From an uncultured Gammaproteobacteria bacterium (GTDB taxonomy: Bacteria > Patescibacteriota > Patescibacteriia > S139-126), in the NCBI GenBank assembly GCA_964493305.1, contig CAZBLW010000001.1, positions 473,513 through 537,512 of the forward strand: 64,000 nt of DNA, in the 5' to 3' direction. Positions 9,790-18,754 of this stretch are shown piece after piece. The notes below the pieces were generated by a model. That model was given only the letters and a program-made list of their open reading frames with translations, was not told the DNA's origin and searched no databases. Made by a program: the position numbers and the translations under genes. Each line of letters begins with the position of its first letter. The first letter of the stretch is position 1.

Positions 9790-9817
9790 GTGTCGCACAA
9801 TAAACCTTATACGACAC
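9790..9817. other. dif-like 11-6-11 palindromic recombination site (may also act as terminator hairpin)
   Basis: GTGTCGCACAA TAAACC TTATACGACAC; arms are inverted repeats with 9/11 identity; between convergent genes. Confidence 0.6.
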
Positions 9818-9848
9818 TTAATCCTAGATATTATAAAAAGCTAAATAT

Positions 9849-10694
9849 TTACTTATAGTATACCCAGCCTGGATTTGATAAATCTATGTATTCTGTAACA
9901 ACTAGATTATCTTTTTCTAAACGGAGGTACAGATTATGTAATGTTTCAATTTGTTTATCGAGATCAACCTGACCATTCAGTTTAATCTTATAATTGTTTG
10001 CGGTATTGATTATAACTTTATCTTGATAGTTTTCTAATATCTCAAAACTACCAATTTGTGTTTGGGAGCTAGTTTTAGACCAGTTTTCGTTTAGATATAT
10101 TAATTTACTTAAATAATCAAGGTCAGCAATTTTGGCGCCAATAGTTAGATTATATGGCCAAAATTCTAAAATTGGAAAAGTTGAAGTTGGTATTGATTCT
10201 AAAATATTAATAAGATTACCTGACTTGTCCAAAGTAAAAAACTGACCTTGGTTTTTTAAATAAAAACTAGCTACCCTTTCAACTAAATTAATTTCTATGG
10301 TTTTATCTGTGTAGTTTTTATTTATTTTTATATTTTCTAACAAAATTTGGTTTTGAATACTTTTTTTAAAACTATTGGTATCAAAAAAAATTATCTTATC
10401 TTGCGTAAATATTAAAAATTTTCTGTTTAGTTGCTGTTGTTGAGCTATTTCCAAAACTAAATTTTGAGTTATACTGCCACCTCCGGAAATAAAAAACTTT
10501 TTTATTTGCCAATAGGTTGTAAATTGAAAAAAATAATAAACACCAAATAAAATCAGGGCTATTAATATTGTGTTCACCCAAATGGCAGCTTTTTTGTGAT
10601 CTTTTAAAAAAAAGGGGTTATAAAAATTTTTTTTATAATAATCCCTTTTTTTATTAAATTTATTTTTTTTAAAATAAATTTTTGATTTATCCAT
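9849..10694 (-). CDS. ftsQ: Cell division protein FtsQ/DivIB-like
   Basis: Basic N-terminus, one TM, POTRA-like region, INLVERVA, LDKSG, EYIDLSNPGWVYYK C-terminus. Confidence 0.75.
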   Translation of the reverse strand: MDKSKIYFKKNKFNKKRDYYKKNFYNPFFLKDHKKAAIWVNTILIALILFGVYYFFQFTTYWQIKKFFISGGGSITQNLVLEIAQQQQLNRKFLIFTQDKIIFFDTNSFKKSIQNQILLENIKINKNYTDKTIEINLVERVASFYLKNQGQFFTLDKSGNLINILESIPTSTFPILEFWPYNLTIGAKIADLDYLSKLIYLNENWSKTSSQTQIGSFEILENYQDKVIINTANNYKIKLNGQVDLDKQIETLHNLYLRLEKDNLVVTEYIDLSNPGWVYYK

Positions 10695-10742
10695 ACCCTA
10701 TTATGTAAACCAAAGTAATAAATTAGTGTCGCAAAATATTTA

Positions 10743-12032
10743 TCAAACAATTGTAGAAAATTTGGTATATTTTTGTAATACTTGAGGTATTTTTATTGAA
10801 CCGTCAGCTTGTTGATTATTTTCCAAAATAGCAATTAAAGTACGGCCAATTGCAAATGTGGTAGCATCATTCATGTGAACAAACTCTATTTTACCATCAG
10901 ATCTTTTGACCCTGGTATTTAAGCGTCGAGCTTGATAATCTGACATATAGTCAGCTGTGTGTGTTTCGCGATAAGTTTTTTGACTTGGCAACCAGGTATT
11001 GAGATCAATTTGTCTAGCATCAGGTGTGCCCATATCACCAGTACAAACCAAAACTAACTCATAGGGTAACTCCAATTGTTGCATCAAATATTCTTGAATA
11101 GCAATTATAAAATCTTGTTCAACTACGGCTTTTTCTGCGGTGGTAAAAGTTTCTAACTCAATTTTATCAAATTGGTGAACTCGTAAAATTCCTTTGGTAT
11201 CCTTACCATATGATCCAGCTTCGCGTCGAAAAGCTGGAGAAAGCGCTATAAACCTTTTTGGTAAATCAGATTCATTGAAGGTATGGTCCATAAACATTGG
11301 GCCGGTTGTATGTTCAGCTGAACCGATTAAATATAAATTATCTTTAGGTAAATAATATTTGTCTTCATCCCCTATTTTTAACCTACCCATTTTTTCGTAA
11401 ACTTCAGGTTTAATCATATAAGGTGGTATTATTGGTATAAACGGTTCTGGGGTTGTGGCTAAATTATTTTTTTCAATAATATTAGCCAAAATTTTTTCAT
11501 CAGTTAATACCTCAAAAGCGAAGTTTATCAGAGCAAATTGCAACCAAACTGCTTGATTTTTTAAATAATTAAATCTAGCACCCGCTACCTTAGCGGAAGT
11601 TTCAATATCAATAATATCATGCATTTTACCTAACAAAACATGATCTTTGGGTTGAAAACCAAAATCTTTCTTTTGACCCACTTGTTTAATTACTTGGTTG
11701 CCACTTTCATCTTTTCCGATTGGCACTTCCGGCAGAGTTAAATTTGGTATTTGATACAATAATGTCAAAATTTCCTCATCTATCAATCTAATTTTTGATT
11801 CATACTCACTAATCTTTTTACCTAAATCTTTTAATTTTTGGGCAATTGCCGGAGAAGGTTTAGATTTGGAAAATTTATTTTTTTCTGTTCGCCAAGTTTC
11901 TAATTCCTTTTGCAAATCCATCTTTTTTTCATAAACTGAAATCAATCTAGCTAAATCAACTTTAATATTACGATTGAAATTGTTTTTTTCAACTAATTCA
12001 ATATTATCTTTAATAAATTTTATGTCTAACAT
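10743..12032 (-). CDS. serS: Serine--tRNA ligase
   Basis: MLDIKFI, IPNL, FRREAGSYGKDTKGILRVHQFDK, DYQARRL. Confidence 0.98.
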   Translation of the reverse strand: MLDIKFIKDNIELVEKNNFNRNIKVDLARLISVYEKKMDLQKELETWRTEKNKFSKSKPSPAIAQKLKDLGKKISEYESKIRLIDEEILTLLYQIPNLTLPEVPIGKDESGNQVIKQVGQKKDFGFQPKDHVLLGKMHDIIDIETSAKVAGARFNYLKNQAVWLQFALINFAFEVLTDEKILANIIEKNNLATTPEPFIPIIPPYMIKPEVYEKMGRLKIGDEDKYYLPKDNLYLIGSAEHTTGPMFMDHTFNESDLPKRFIALSPAFRREAGSYGKDTKGILRVHQFDKIELETFTTAEKAVVEQDFIIAIQEYLMQQLELPYELVLVCTGDMGTPDARQIDLNTWLPSQKTYRETHTADYMSDYQARRLNTRVKRSDGKIEFVHMNDATTFAIGRTLIAILENNQQADGSIKIPQVLQKYTKFSTIV

Positions 12033-12035
12033 AAA

Positions 12036-12638
12036 TTATAATGAATTTATATCTTTAATAAGTTGTTTGACTGCATTTAAACGATGATTATATAATTTTT
12101 TTTCTTTTTTGTTAAATTCACTTAAATACTTTCCGGCTTTACCAACAAAAAAAACTGATCTGATAGGATAACCTGGTTGTACTTTAACTGATGGTTCTTT
12201 GGTGATTTCACCTTCGATTTGTCCAGTTGCCTGTAGGTATCTGGTTGTATCAGGATTATAGATGGTGACTACGGTTTTTAAAACAGCTTGTCTGTCACTG
12301 GTATTATAATTTTTCATTTTTTCTAATATTTTTTTTATTAATTCTTCATCAGTTAATACACGATCAGAACCCCAACGTCTAGTTTTAACACCAGGAAAAT
12401 TATCTAATTTGGGTATTTCTAAGCCACCATCATCTGCTAAAGTTAAAAATCCTGACAAATTAGCATAAAATTTTGCTTTATATAACGAATTGGCGGCAAA
12501 ACTATCACCCGGTTCATCAGCGGTCTGAGTTATATTTAAGTCAGCTAAGGTTACTATTGTAAAAGGATGCTGACTTAATATTTCGGTATAATCACTAATT
12601 TTAGCTAAATTATGAGAAGCAATTAATATCTTTTTCAT
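12036..12638 (-). CDS. rdgB: Non-canonical purine NTP pyrophosphatase (RdgB/HAM1 family)
   Basis: ASHNLAK, EPGDSFAANSLYKA, LADDGGL, PGVKTRR, NHR. Confidence 0.88.
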   Translation of the reverse strand: MKKILIASHNLAKISDYTEILSQHPFTIVTLADLNITQTADEPGDSFAANSLYKAKFYANLSGFLTLADDGGLEIPKLDNFPGVKTRRWGSDRVLTDEELIKKILEKMKNYNTSDRQAVLKTVVTIYNPDTTRYLQATGQIEGEITKEPSVKVQPGYPIRSVFFVGKAGKYLSEFNKKEKKLYNHRLNAVKQLIKDINSL

Positions 12639-12639
12639 A

Positions 12640-14760
12640 CTATAAACCTAATTTAACATGATTTTTCTGCATAGCTTGGAGGGCTATGGTGATAATTTCA
12701 TCCAAGGGTAATTGTAAATAATCTTCAGCTTTTTGAATAATTGATCTATTAACACCAGCCGCAAAAGATTTTTGTTTAAACTTTTTTTTGACAGTATCCA
12801 AAGTTACTGATGATAAAAGTTTATCTGGTTGTACTAAAGCACAAGCAGATATAAGACCAGCCAATTCTTCGACTGAATATAAAGTTTTAGCAAGTAAAGT
12901 TGTTAATGATAATTCATGCAAATAATTGTGTGCTTTAATTGCATAAATAATTTCTGGATGCAAACCGTGTTTATTTAAAATTTTTTCTGTTTCTAAGCCA
13001 TGCAAATGTGCTTGATCTTTGGTTTGTAGATAATCAAGATCATGCAATAAACCGGCAATACCCCAAACATCTTGATTGGCGGCAAATTTATCGGCAAATG
13101 CCCTCATAATATACTCTACGGCCAAAGAATGCTTATATAAAGGATTGTCAGCTGGTATGTAACTGTCCAAAATCTTTAGTGCTTGCTGATAAGATATTCC
13201 TGGATCAGCAATAATATCAGCATCAGTAATCAAAGTGGTTGTCTGTGATTTACTGAGGGTTTTACTTTTCATTAAAGGAAATAATACATTATCTTTTAAA
13301 TTTTCCTCTTGGCTAAATAGAGTACAAATTCTATCAATACCCATCCCCCACCCGGAAATCGGTGGCAGGCCGTATTCCATCGCTTTTATATAATCTTCAT
13401 CCATCATCATCGCTTCTTCATCGCCTTGAGCTTTCAACTGACTCTGTTCCATTAATCTACTTCTTTGTTCAAATGGATCTACTAACTCCGAATAAGCATT
13501 TACTATCTCCCAACCATTAACAATTAATTGAAAACGATCGGCAATATTTTTATTGTCATCATTGGCCCGAGCCAAAGGTGACAAACTAATCGGATGATTA
13601 ATTAAAAAAGTAGGTTGTATAATTTTATCTCGAGCAACTTTTTTATATAAGGCATCAATTAAGTTTCCCATGCCTAAATTTTCTGTATTATCTAAACTAA
13701 TTTTTTCTTGCGTTATTTGTTTTAACAATTCAGTTTTATCTTTGATTTTCTCAATATCGATTTTGGTATATTTTAAAATTAAATCACGCATGGTAACAAC
13801 CGCAAAAGGTGGTTTAAAATTTAAAGTTTGCCCAAACAATTTTATTTGGTAAGTGCCAAATATGTCTAAAATAAGATCGGCGAACAAATTTTCAGTAAAA
13901 TTCTTATTATCTTCCCAATTCCAATAAGCCACATAGTATTCTAACATAGTAAATTCCTGAAGATGGGAAGGATCAATTCCTTCATTGCGGAAACACTTGG
14001 CAAATTCGAAAACTTTCTCATAACCACCGACAATGAGTCTTTTTAAGTAGGTCTCCGGAGCAATTCGTAAATAAAAATCAGCTGCTAAAGCTTGGTGATG
14101 AGTGATAAAAGGTTTAGCCAGTGCCCCAGAAGCTGTGGGAGTCAATATAGGTGTTTCGACTTCTATAAAATTATGTTGTTGGAGATAATTACGCAAAAAA
14201 TTAATAATTTTTGTTCTTTGCAAAAATTTTGCTTTTGTTTCAGGATTAACCAATAAATCTAAATATCTTTGACGATATAAAGATTCTTTATCTTTTAAAC
14301 CGTGAAATTTTTCCGGTAAAGAGCGAAATGCTTTGCCTAAAAATATATATTCATGAACCATTAAGGTAATTTCTCCTTTATGAGTTCTAAATATTTTTCC
14401 AGTTATACCAATATAATCACCTAGGTCAAAATACTTGACTAAATTATAAAGTTCAGAATTTAAGCTATCAGCTGTAAAAGCAATTTGTATTTTGCCAGAG
14501 AAATCCTGTAAATTTGCAAAGGTAATTTTACCATGTTCACGAAGTGTCATAATTCTTCCAGCCGTTGTAAAAGTAGTGCTGTCTGTGGACAATTTTTCCG
14601 CCTGAGGAATTTCATGACTATTAGCATAGTCAATTATTTCATTTATCTGGTGCTGTTTTTCAAATCTTTCCGGGTATGGATTAAAACCAGCCTTGGTCAA
14701 GCTTTTTAACTTTTCTTGTCTAATGGCGAAATCTTCAGATAAATTACTATCTTTAGTCAT
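12640..14760 (-). CDS. lysS: Class II lysine--tRNA ligase fused to C-terminal HDIG/HD domain
   Basis: OB-fold AGRIMTLREHGK, YLRIAPE, FRNEGID, EYGLPP..GMGIDR, LFPLMK; then KHSLAVE...GLLHDLDY...IKAHN...KKKFKQKSFAAGVNR. Confidence 0.95.
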   Translation of the reverse strand: MTKDSNLSEDFAIRQEKLKSLTKAGFNPYPERFEKQHQINEIIDYANSHEIPQAEKLSTDSTTFTTAGRIMTLREHGKITFANLQDFSGKIQIAFTADSLNSELYNLVKYFDLGDYIGITGKIFRTHKGEITLMVHEYIFLGKAFRSLPEKFHGLKDKESLYRQRYLDLLVNPETKAKFLQRTKIINFLRNYLQQHNFIEVETPILTPTASGALAKPFITHHQALAADFYLRIAPETYLKRLIVGGYEKVFEFAKCFRNEGIDPSHLQEFTMLEYYVAYWNWEDNKNFTENLFADLILDIFGTYQIKLFGQTLNFKPPFAVVTMRDLILKYTKIDIEKIKDKTELLKQITQEKISLDNTENLGMGNLIDALYKKVARDKIIQPTFLINHPISLSPLARANDDNKNIADRFQLIVNGWEIVNAYSELVDPFEQRSRLMEQSQLKAQGDEEAMMMDEDYIKAMEYGLPPISGWGMGIDRICTLFSQEENLKDNVLFPLMKSKTLSKSQTTTLITDADIIADPGISYQQALKILDSYIPADNPLYKHSLAVEYIMRAFADKFAANQDVWGIAGLLHDLDYLQTKDQAHLHGLETEKILNKHGLHPEIIYAIKAHNYLHELSLTTLLAKTLYSVEELAGLISACALVQPDKLLSSVTLDTVKKKFKQKSFAAGVNRSIIQKAEDYLQLPLDEIITIALQAMQKNHVKLGL

Positions 14761-14785
14761 AAAAATAAAATTGATTTATACATCA

Positions 14786-14813
14786 ATTATAAAAGTTTTA
14801 GAGTATTATGCAA
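14786..14813 (-). promoter_or_regulatory. sigma70 promoter for lysS-rdgB-serS
   Basis: TTGCAT-16 nt-TATAAT on minus strand. Confidence 0.55.
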
Positions 14814-14831
14814 GTTGTTTTGCAATCAGTT

Positions 14832-15293
14832 CTACTTGATATCTAAAATTTTATATTTAATTTTTCCCTTAGGAATTTCAACTTCTAGAATATCACCTTT
14901 TTTTCTCCCTAAAAAAGATTGTCCCAACGGGGATTCGTTAGAAATTTTTCCTTCCTGGGGGTTTACTTCATTAGAACTGACAATTTTAAACTCGATTTGT
15001 TTATCGTTTTGACTAACTACAATGGTATTGCCCATTTCAACTTCAGTTTTATTTATACTTGAAGTATCAGCTACTGTCGCAACTCTTAATAATTCTTCTA
15101 GTTCGTTTATTTTTTTGGCAATCAATCCCTGTTCATCTTTGGCTTCCTGGTATTCTGCATTCTCAGATAAATCTCCGAGCTCTTTAGCCTCAGCTATTCT
15201 TTTAGCTAACTCGGGAATTTTTACTTTTTTTAAATGTTCTAACTCTTCCTTAATTTTTTGATGACCTTGTTCAGTTAGTAATTTATCTGACAT
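14832..15293 (-). CDS. greA: Transcription elongation factor GreA
   Basis: GDLSENAEY, ISNESPLG. Confidence 0.98.
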   Translation of the reverse strand: MSDKLLTEQGHQKIKEELEHLKKVKIPELAKRIAEAKELGDLSENAEYQEAKDEQGLIAKKINELEELLRVATVADTSSINKTEVEMGNTIVVSQNDKQIEFKIVSSNEVNPQEGKISNESPLGQSFLGRKKGDILEVEIPKGKIKYKILDIK

Positions 15294-15299
15294 AATTTT

Positions 15300-16214
15300 T
15301 TATTTATTTCTCTTTTGTGAAAATTTAAACCAATCGACTAAAATTGGTGAGGCAATAAAGATCGAAGAATAAGTACCAATACCGATACCTACCAGTAAAG
15401 CTAAGACAAACTGTTTGATACTATCACCACCAAAAAAATACACGGCAAATAATACCAAAAGAGTTGTAAAGGAGGTATTTACCGAACGAGCAAAAGTTTG
15501 ATTCATTGAATCTTCAACTGCCTGAGTAAAGTCTTCATGGCGAGTAAAAATATTTTCCCGAATACGATCAAAAACTACGATCGTATCATTGACCGAATAA
15601 CCTAAAGTAGTAAGTAAAGCGGTGATAAATAAAATATTAACTTCGTAACCTAAAAACTTACCTAAAATAGAAAATACACCCAATAAAATTATAATATCAT
15701 GAAACAATGCTACTAGTGCCGCTAGACCATATTTCCAAGAAACAACCGGATAAGACACTTTTCTAAAAGCATAGGCAATAAATAAAATAATAAAAAGCAA
15801 GGTGAGAACTATAGTGTAAGTTGCTTTATTGCGTAGATCCACACCTATACTCGGCCCGATTGATTCAAATCTCAATTGCTCCACATTGCCTTGATACTTG
15901 TCTTGATAAAAATTGGAGATGCTGGTTAATAAAGAATCGTGTTCATCTTCAGTTAAATCTTTGAGTCGCAATATAAAAGTATTATCTTCGGATGGTTGAG
16001 TGTTGAAATTACCTAAATTTAATTCTTTGACCTGGTTATTTAATTCATCTATGGTTGGTGTAGCAGCTGAAAATTTTATTTCTAATAAAGACCCGCCAGT
16101 AAAATCAATACCAGGTTTAAATCCCCATAAAATTATGGAAACCAAGGAAACAACTGTCATTATTCCAGAAAGAATATACCAATATTTTCTTTTTCTAATA
16201 AAAGGAAAATTCAT
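15300..16214 (-). CDS. secF: Protein translocase subunit SecF
   Basis: GIDFTGG, IGPSIG, GYSVNDTIVVFDRIRE, GTYSSIFIASP; start likely MNFPF at 16214. Confidence 0.97.
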   Translation of the reverse strand: MNFPFIRKRKYWYILSGIMTVVSLVSIILWGFKPGIDFTGGSLLEIKFSAATPTIDELNNQVKELNLGNFNTQPSEDNTFILRLKDLTEDEHDSLLTSISNFYQDKYQGNVEQLRFESIGPSIGVDLRNKATYTIVLTLLFIILFIAYAFRKVSYPVVSWKYGLAALVALFHDIIILLGVFSILGKFLGYEVNILFITALLTTLGYSVNDTIVVFDRIRENIFTRHEDFTQAVEDSMNQTFARSVNTSFTTLLVLFAVYFFGGDSIKQFVLALLVGIGIGTYSSIFIASPILVDWFKFSQKRNK

Positions 16215-16218
16215 AAAT

Positions 16219-17922
16219 TTACTTAAAAAAACCAAATAACCACTTATATTTTTCTAATTTTTTTATCATAAACAATTCTAGTAATGTTTTAGTGATAAAT
16301 ATAGCACTAAACATACTGACGACAACACCAATACTTAGAGTTAAGGCAAAACCTTTTATAACTGAAGTGCCAAACCAAAATAGTATTGCTGTGGTAATCA
16401 ACGTAGATAAATTGGAATCTCTAATAGCCGGCCAAGCCCTTTTGAAACCATCGTTTAGGGCTAAATCTAGTGGTTCACCTCGTTTTAACTCTTCTTTAAC
16501 TCTTTCAAAAATTAAAACGTTAGCATCAACTGCCATACCTAGAGAAAGTATAAAACCAGCAATTCCGGCTAAAGTTAAAGTGACTGGGATAAATTGAAAT
16601 AAACCAAAAACGATTACTCCATACATAGCCAAAGAAATAGTGGCAAATAAACCAAGTAATCGATAATACAACATCATGAAGACGGATACAGCAATAATAC
16701 CAATCAAACCGGCAAACATACTTTGTTGGATACTTTTAGCACCTAAGGCTGGGCCAATAGTTTGTTGAGTTACTAGACTGATTGGTACTGGTAAGGCGCC
16801 AGCATTTAATCTTTGCGCCAAAAGTTTTGCTTCAGAAATCGTGAAATCGCCACTGATTACCGCCTCACCATCAGTAATTTCGGTTTGGACAGTTGGAATT
16901 GAAATTGGTTGTCCATCTAAAAATATAGCTACGGGTTTATTTAAGTTTTTCTTGGTAATTTCGGCAAATAAATTTTTACCCTCTTCATCAAAACGCAGAC
17001 TAACTTCTGGTGCATTGGTATTTTGATTGAAAACTAATTGAGCGCGTACTAAATTTTTTCCAGATAATTGAGTATTGACCCATTGGTCATCATTGGCAAA
17101 TAAGTCTTGGGGACTAATTTTGGCTATTAGAATATGTCGTGATTCCACTTCTCTGGTATCACCAAATCCTTTTTCTGACAATTTTTGGATAATATGAAAA
17201 CCAAATGATGTTTCCACTGGCTCTGGGGCAATTTCACCGTCAGCTAATTGATCAAAAATCACATTTTCAAATTCCGGTATCAGTACTCCCCTTTTAACAA
17301 AACCTAAATTACCACCTTGATCTTTGCTACCCGGATCTTGTGAATATTCTTTAGCTAAGGTAGCAAAATCTTCACCATTGTTTAACTTTGTTAAAACTTC
17401 ATTGGCTTTTTCTTTGGCTTGAGTATTATAATCGTCTAGAATTTTTTGTTGCTCAGGAGTTAGATTTACTTCGCCAGTAAAATTGGGATTTTGTTCTTTG
17501 AATTCTAGCAGGGGCGTTTCACCAATTTGTTTAATTGCTTCATTGATATCAAAAACACCTGCCAATTCAACAATGACCCGATAATTGTCCCCTTCTTTGT
17601 TGGTTTGAATAAGTGGTTCGGCAATACCGAAAGTATTAACTCTTCTTTCAATAACATCTCTAACTCCTTCAACAGCTGATGCTTTATCAGCATCAGGTAT
17701 TTGGGAGGTATCAGCTTGAAAAACTAAATGGGCACCTCCTTGCAAATCAAGTCCAAGTTTTGGTACAAACGAATCAAACCACGCTTTACCAGGCACCCAA
17801 GTTGGCATCACCGGATAAACTATACCACCAAAAAATAAAAAAATAATAACTATAAAAACTGTTTTCAGCCATAGTTTTTGCCTAGCTCCTAATTTAGTCG
17901 GTTGATTGATTGATTTAGACAT
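16219..17922 (-). CDS. secD: Protein translocase subunit SecD with inserted parvulin-type PPIase domain
   Basis: LGLDLQGG, ERRVN, AGALP, GMAVDANVLIFER; insert DFATLAKEYSQDPGS..GGNLG..FGFHII..SRHILI; start likely 17922. Confidence 0.96.
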   Translation of the reverse strand: MSKSINQPTKLGARQKLWLKTVFIVIIFLFFGGIVYPVMPTWVPGKAWFDSFVPKLGLDLQGGAHLVFQADTSQIPDADKASAVEGVRDVIERRVNTFGIAEPLIQTNKEGDNYRVIVELAGVFDINEAIKQIGETPLLEFKEQNPNFTGEVNLTPEQQKILDDYNTQAKEKANEVLTKLNNGEDFATLAKEYSQDPGSKDQGGNLGFVKRGVLIPEFENVIFDQLADGEIAPEPVETSFGFHIIQKLSEKGFGDTREVESRHILIAKISPQDLFANDDQWVNTQLSGKNLVRAQLVFNQNTNAPEVSLRFDEEGKNLFAEITKKNLNKPVAIFLDGQPISIPTVQTEITDGEAVISGDFTISEAKLLAQRLNAGALPVPISLVTQQTIGPALGAKSIQQSMFAGLIGIIAVSVFMMLYYRLLGLFATISLAMYGVIVFGLFQFIPVTLTLAGIAGFILSLGMAVDANVLIFERVKEELKRGEPLDLALNDGFKRAWPAIRDSNLSTLITTAILFWFGTSVIKGFALTLSIGVVVSMFSAIFITKTLLELFMIKKLEKYKWLFGFFK

Positions 17923-18010
17923 AGTTATAAAAATTGATGGATTAACCATCAAATATTTAACGAATATATTATATCTATCCTATAAAAAAATGCAAGCCTG
18001 ATTTTAGATA

Positions 18011-18754
18011 TTACTGCACCTCAACAGATGTGCCAATATTAGCCCAATTATATAACCATTGGGCTGGACCAATACCGAGCCTTACACAGCCATGAGATAC
18101 TGGTGTACCTAAATGGTTTTGACCTTCCTTAAAACCACCCGGCCATTCTGGTAATTCATGAATGCCGTATTGTGAACCTATGAAACTCATCCAATAAGGC
18201 ATCCATAAACCGTATGTTTTTGACCAAGCACGGGGTACTTTATTATTAATAGTATATAGCCCGCGTGGTGTCTCATAACCCTTTTTACCAGTTGAAACCG
18301 GAAAAGTAGCCAAAGGAATATTATCCAAAGTAGCAGTTAATAACTGTTGCCTGGTATCGATTATAATTTTTTGCGTCAATTTTACTGGCTGTTGATTATT
18401 AGGATCATAACTGTTTAAAATTTCGTCAAAATCATTATGGCCATCATAGTCAGTGTCGGGATTATTTAAATTGGTTTTAAATTGTAATTCTAACCAATCA
18501 GATAGTCCGTCATTGTCCAAATCTGTTTGTGAGAGAGTTTTGTCTTGGGCATGAGGTGAATAGTGTTTAGTTATTTCTTCACCATCTAAATAACCATCGT
18601 TATCAGTGTCAGCTTGAAACGGATCAGTATAATATATATTTTGTTCTTCCCAATCGGTTAAGCCATCTGTATCTGTATCCAACTCGTTAGCCTGAACCAA
18701 CATTGGTAAATTTAAAAAACAACCTAAAAATAATAGCAAAAATATTTTTTTCAT
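18011..18754 (-). CDS. L,D-transpeptidase (YkuD family) with N-terminal Asp-rich Ca-binding (TSP3-like) repeats
   Basis: Signal peptide; DTDTDGLTD, DTDNDGYLDGEE, DLDNDGLSD, DTDYDG; VSTGK, GIHE...SHGCVRL. Confidence 0.9.
   Translation of the reverse strand: MKKIFLLLFLGCFLNLPMLVQANELDTDTDGLTDWEEQNIYYTDPFQADTDNDGYLDGEEITKHYSPHAQDKTLSQTDLDNDGLSDWLELQFKTNLNNPDTDYDGHNDFDEILNSYDPNNQQPVKLTQKIIIDTRQQLLTATLDNIPLATFPVSTGKKGYETPRGLYTINNKVPRAWSKTYGLWMPYWMSFIGSQYGIHELPEWPGGFKEGQNHLGTPVSHGCVRLGIGPAQWLYNWANIGTSVEVQ

Noticed and set aside
10600-10680. Poly-A/T tracts in the ftsQ 5' region as phase-variation sites
   Set aside because: They encode a Lys/Phe-rich N-terminus, such tracts are common in this AT-rich DNA, and the frame is intact
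14761-14831. T-box or lysine riboswitch before lysS; FNR box
   Set aside because: 71-nt gap occupied by a promoter, no T-box motif; TTGAT-ATCAA spacing is 6, not the 4 of FNR
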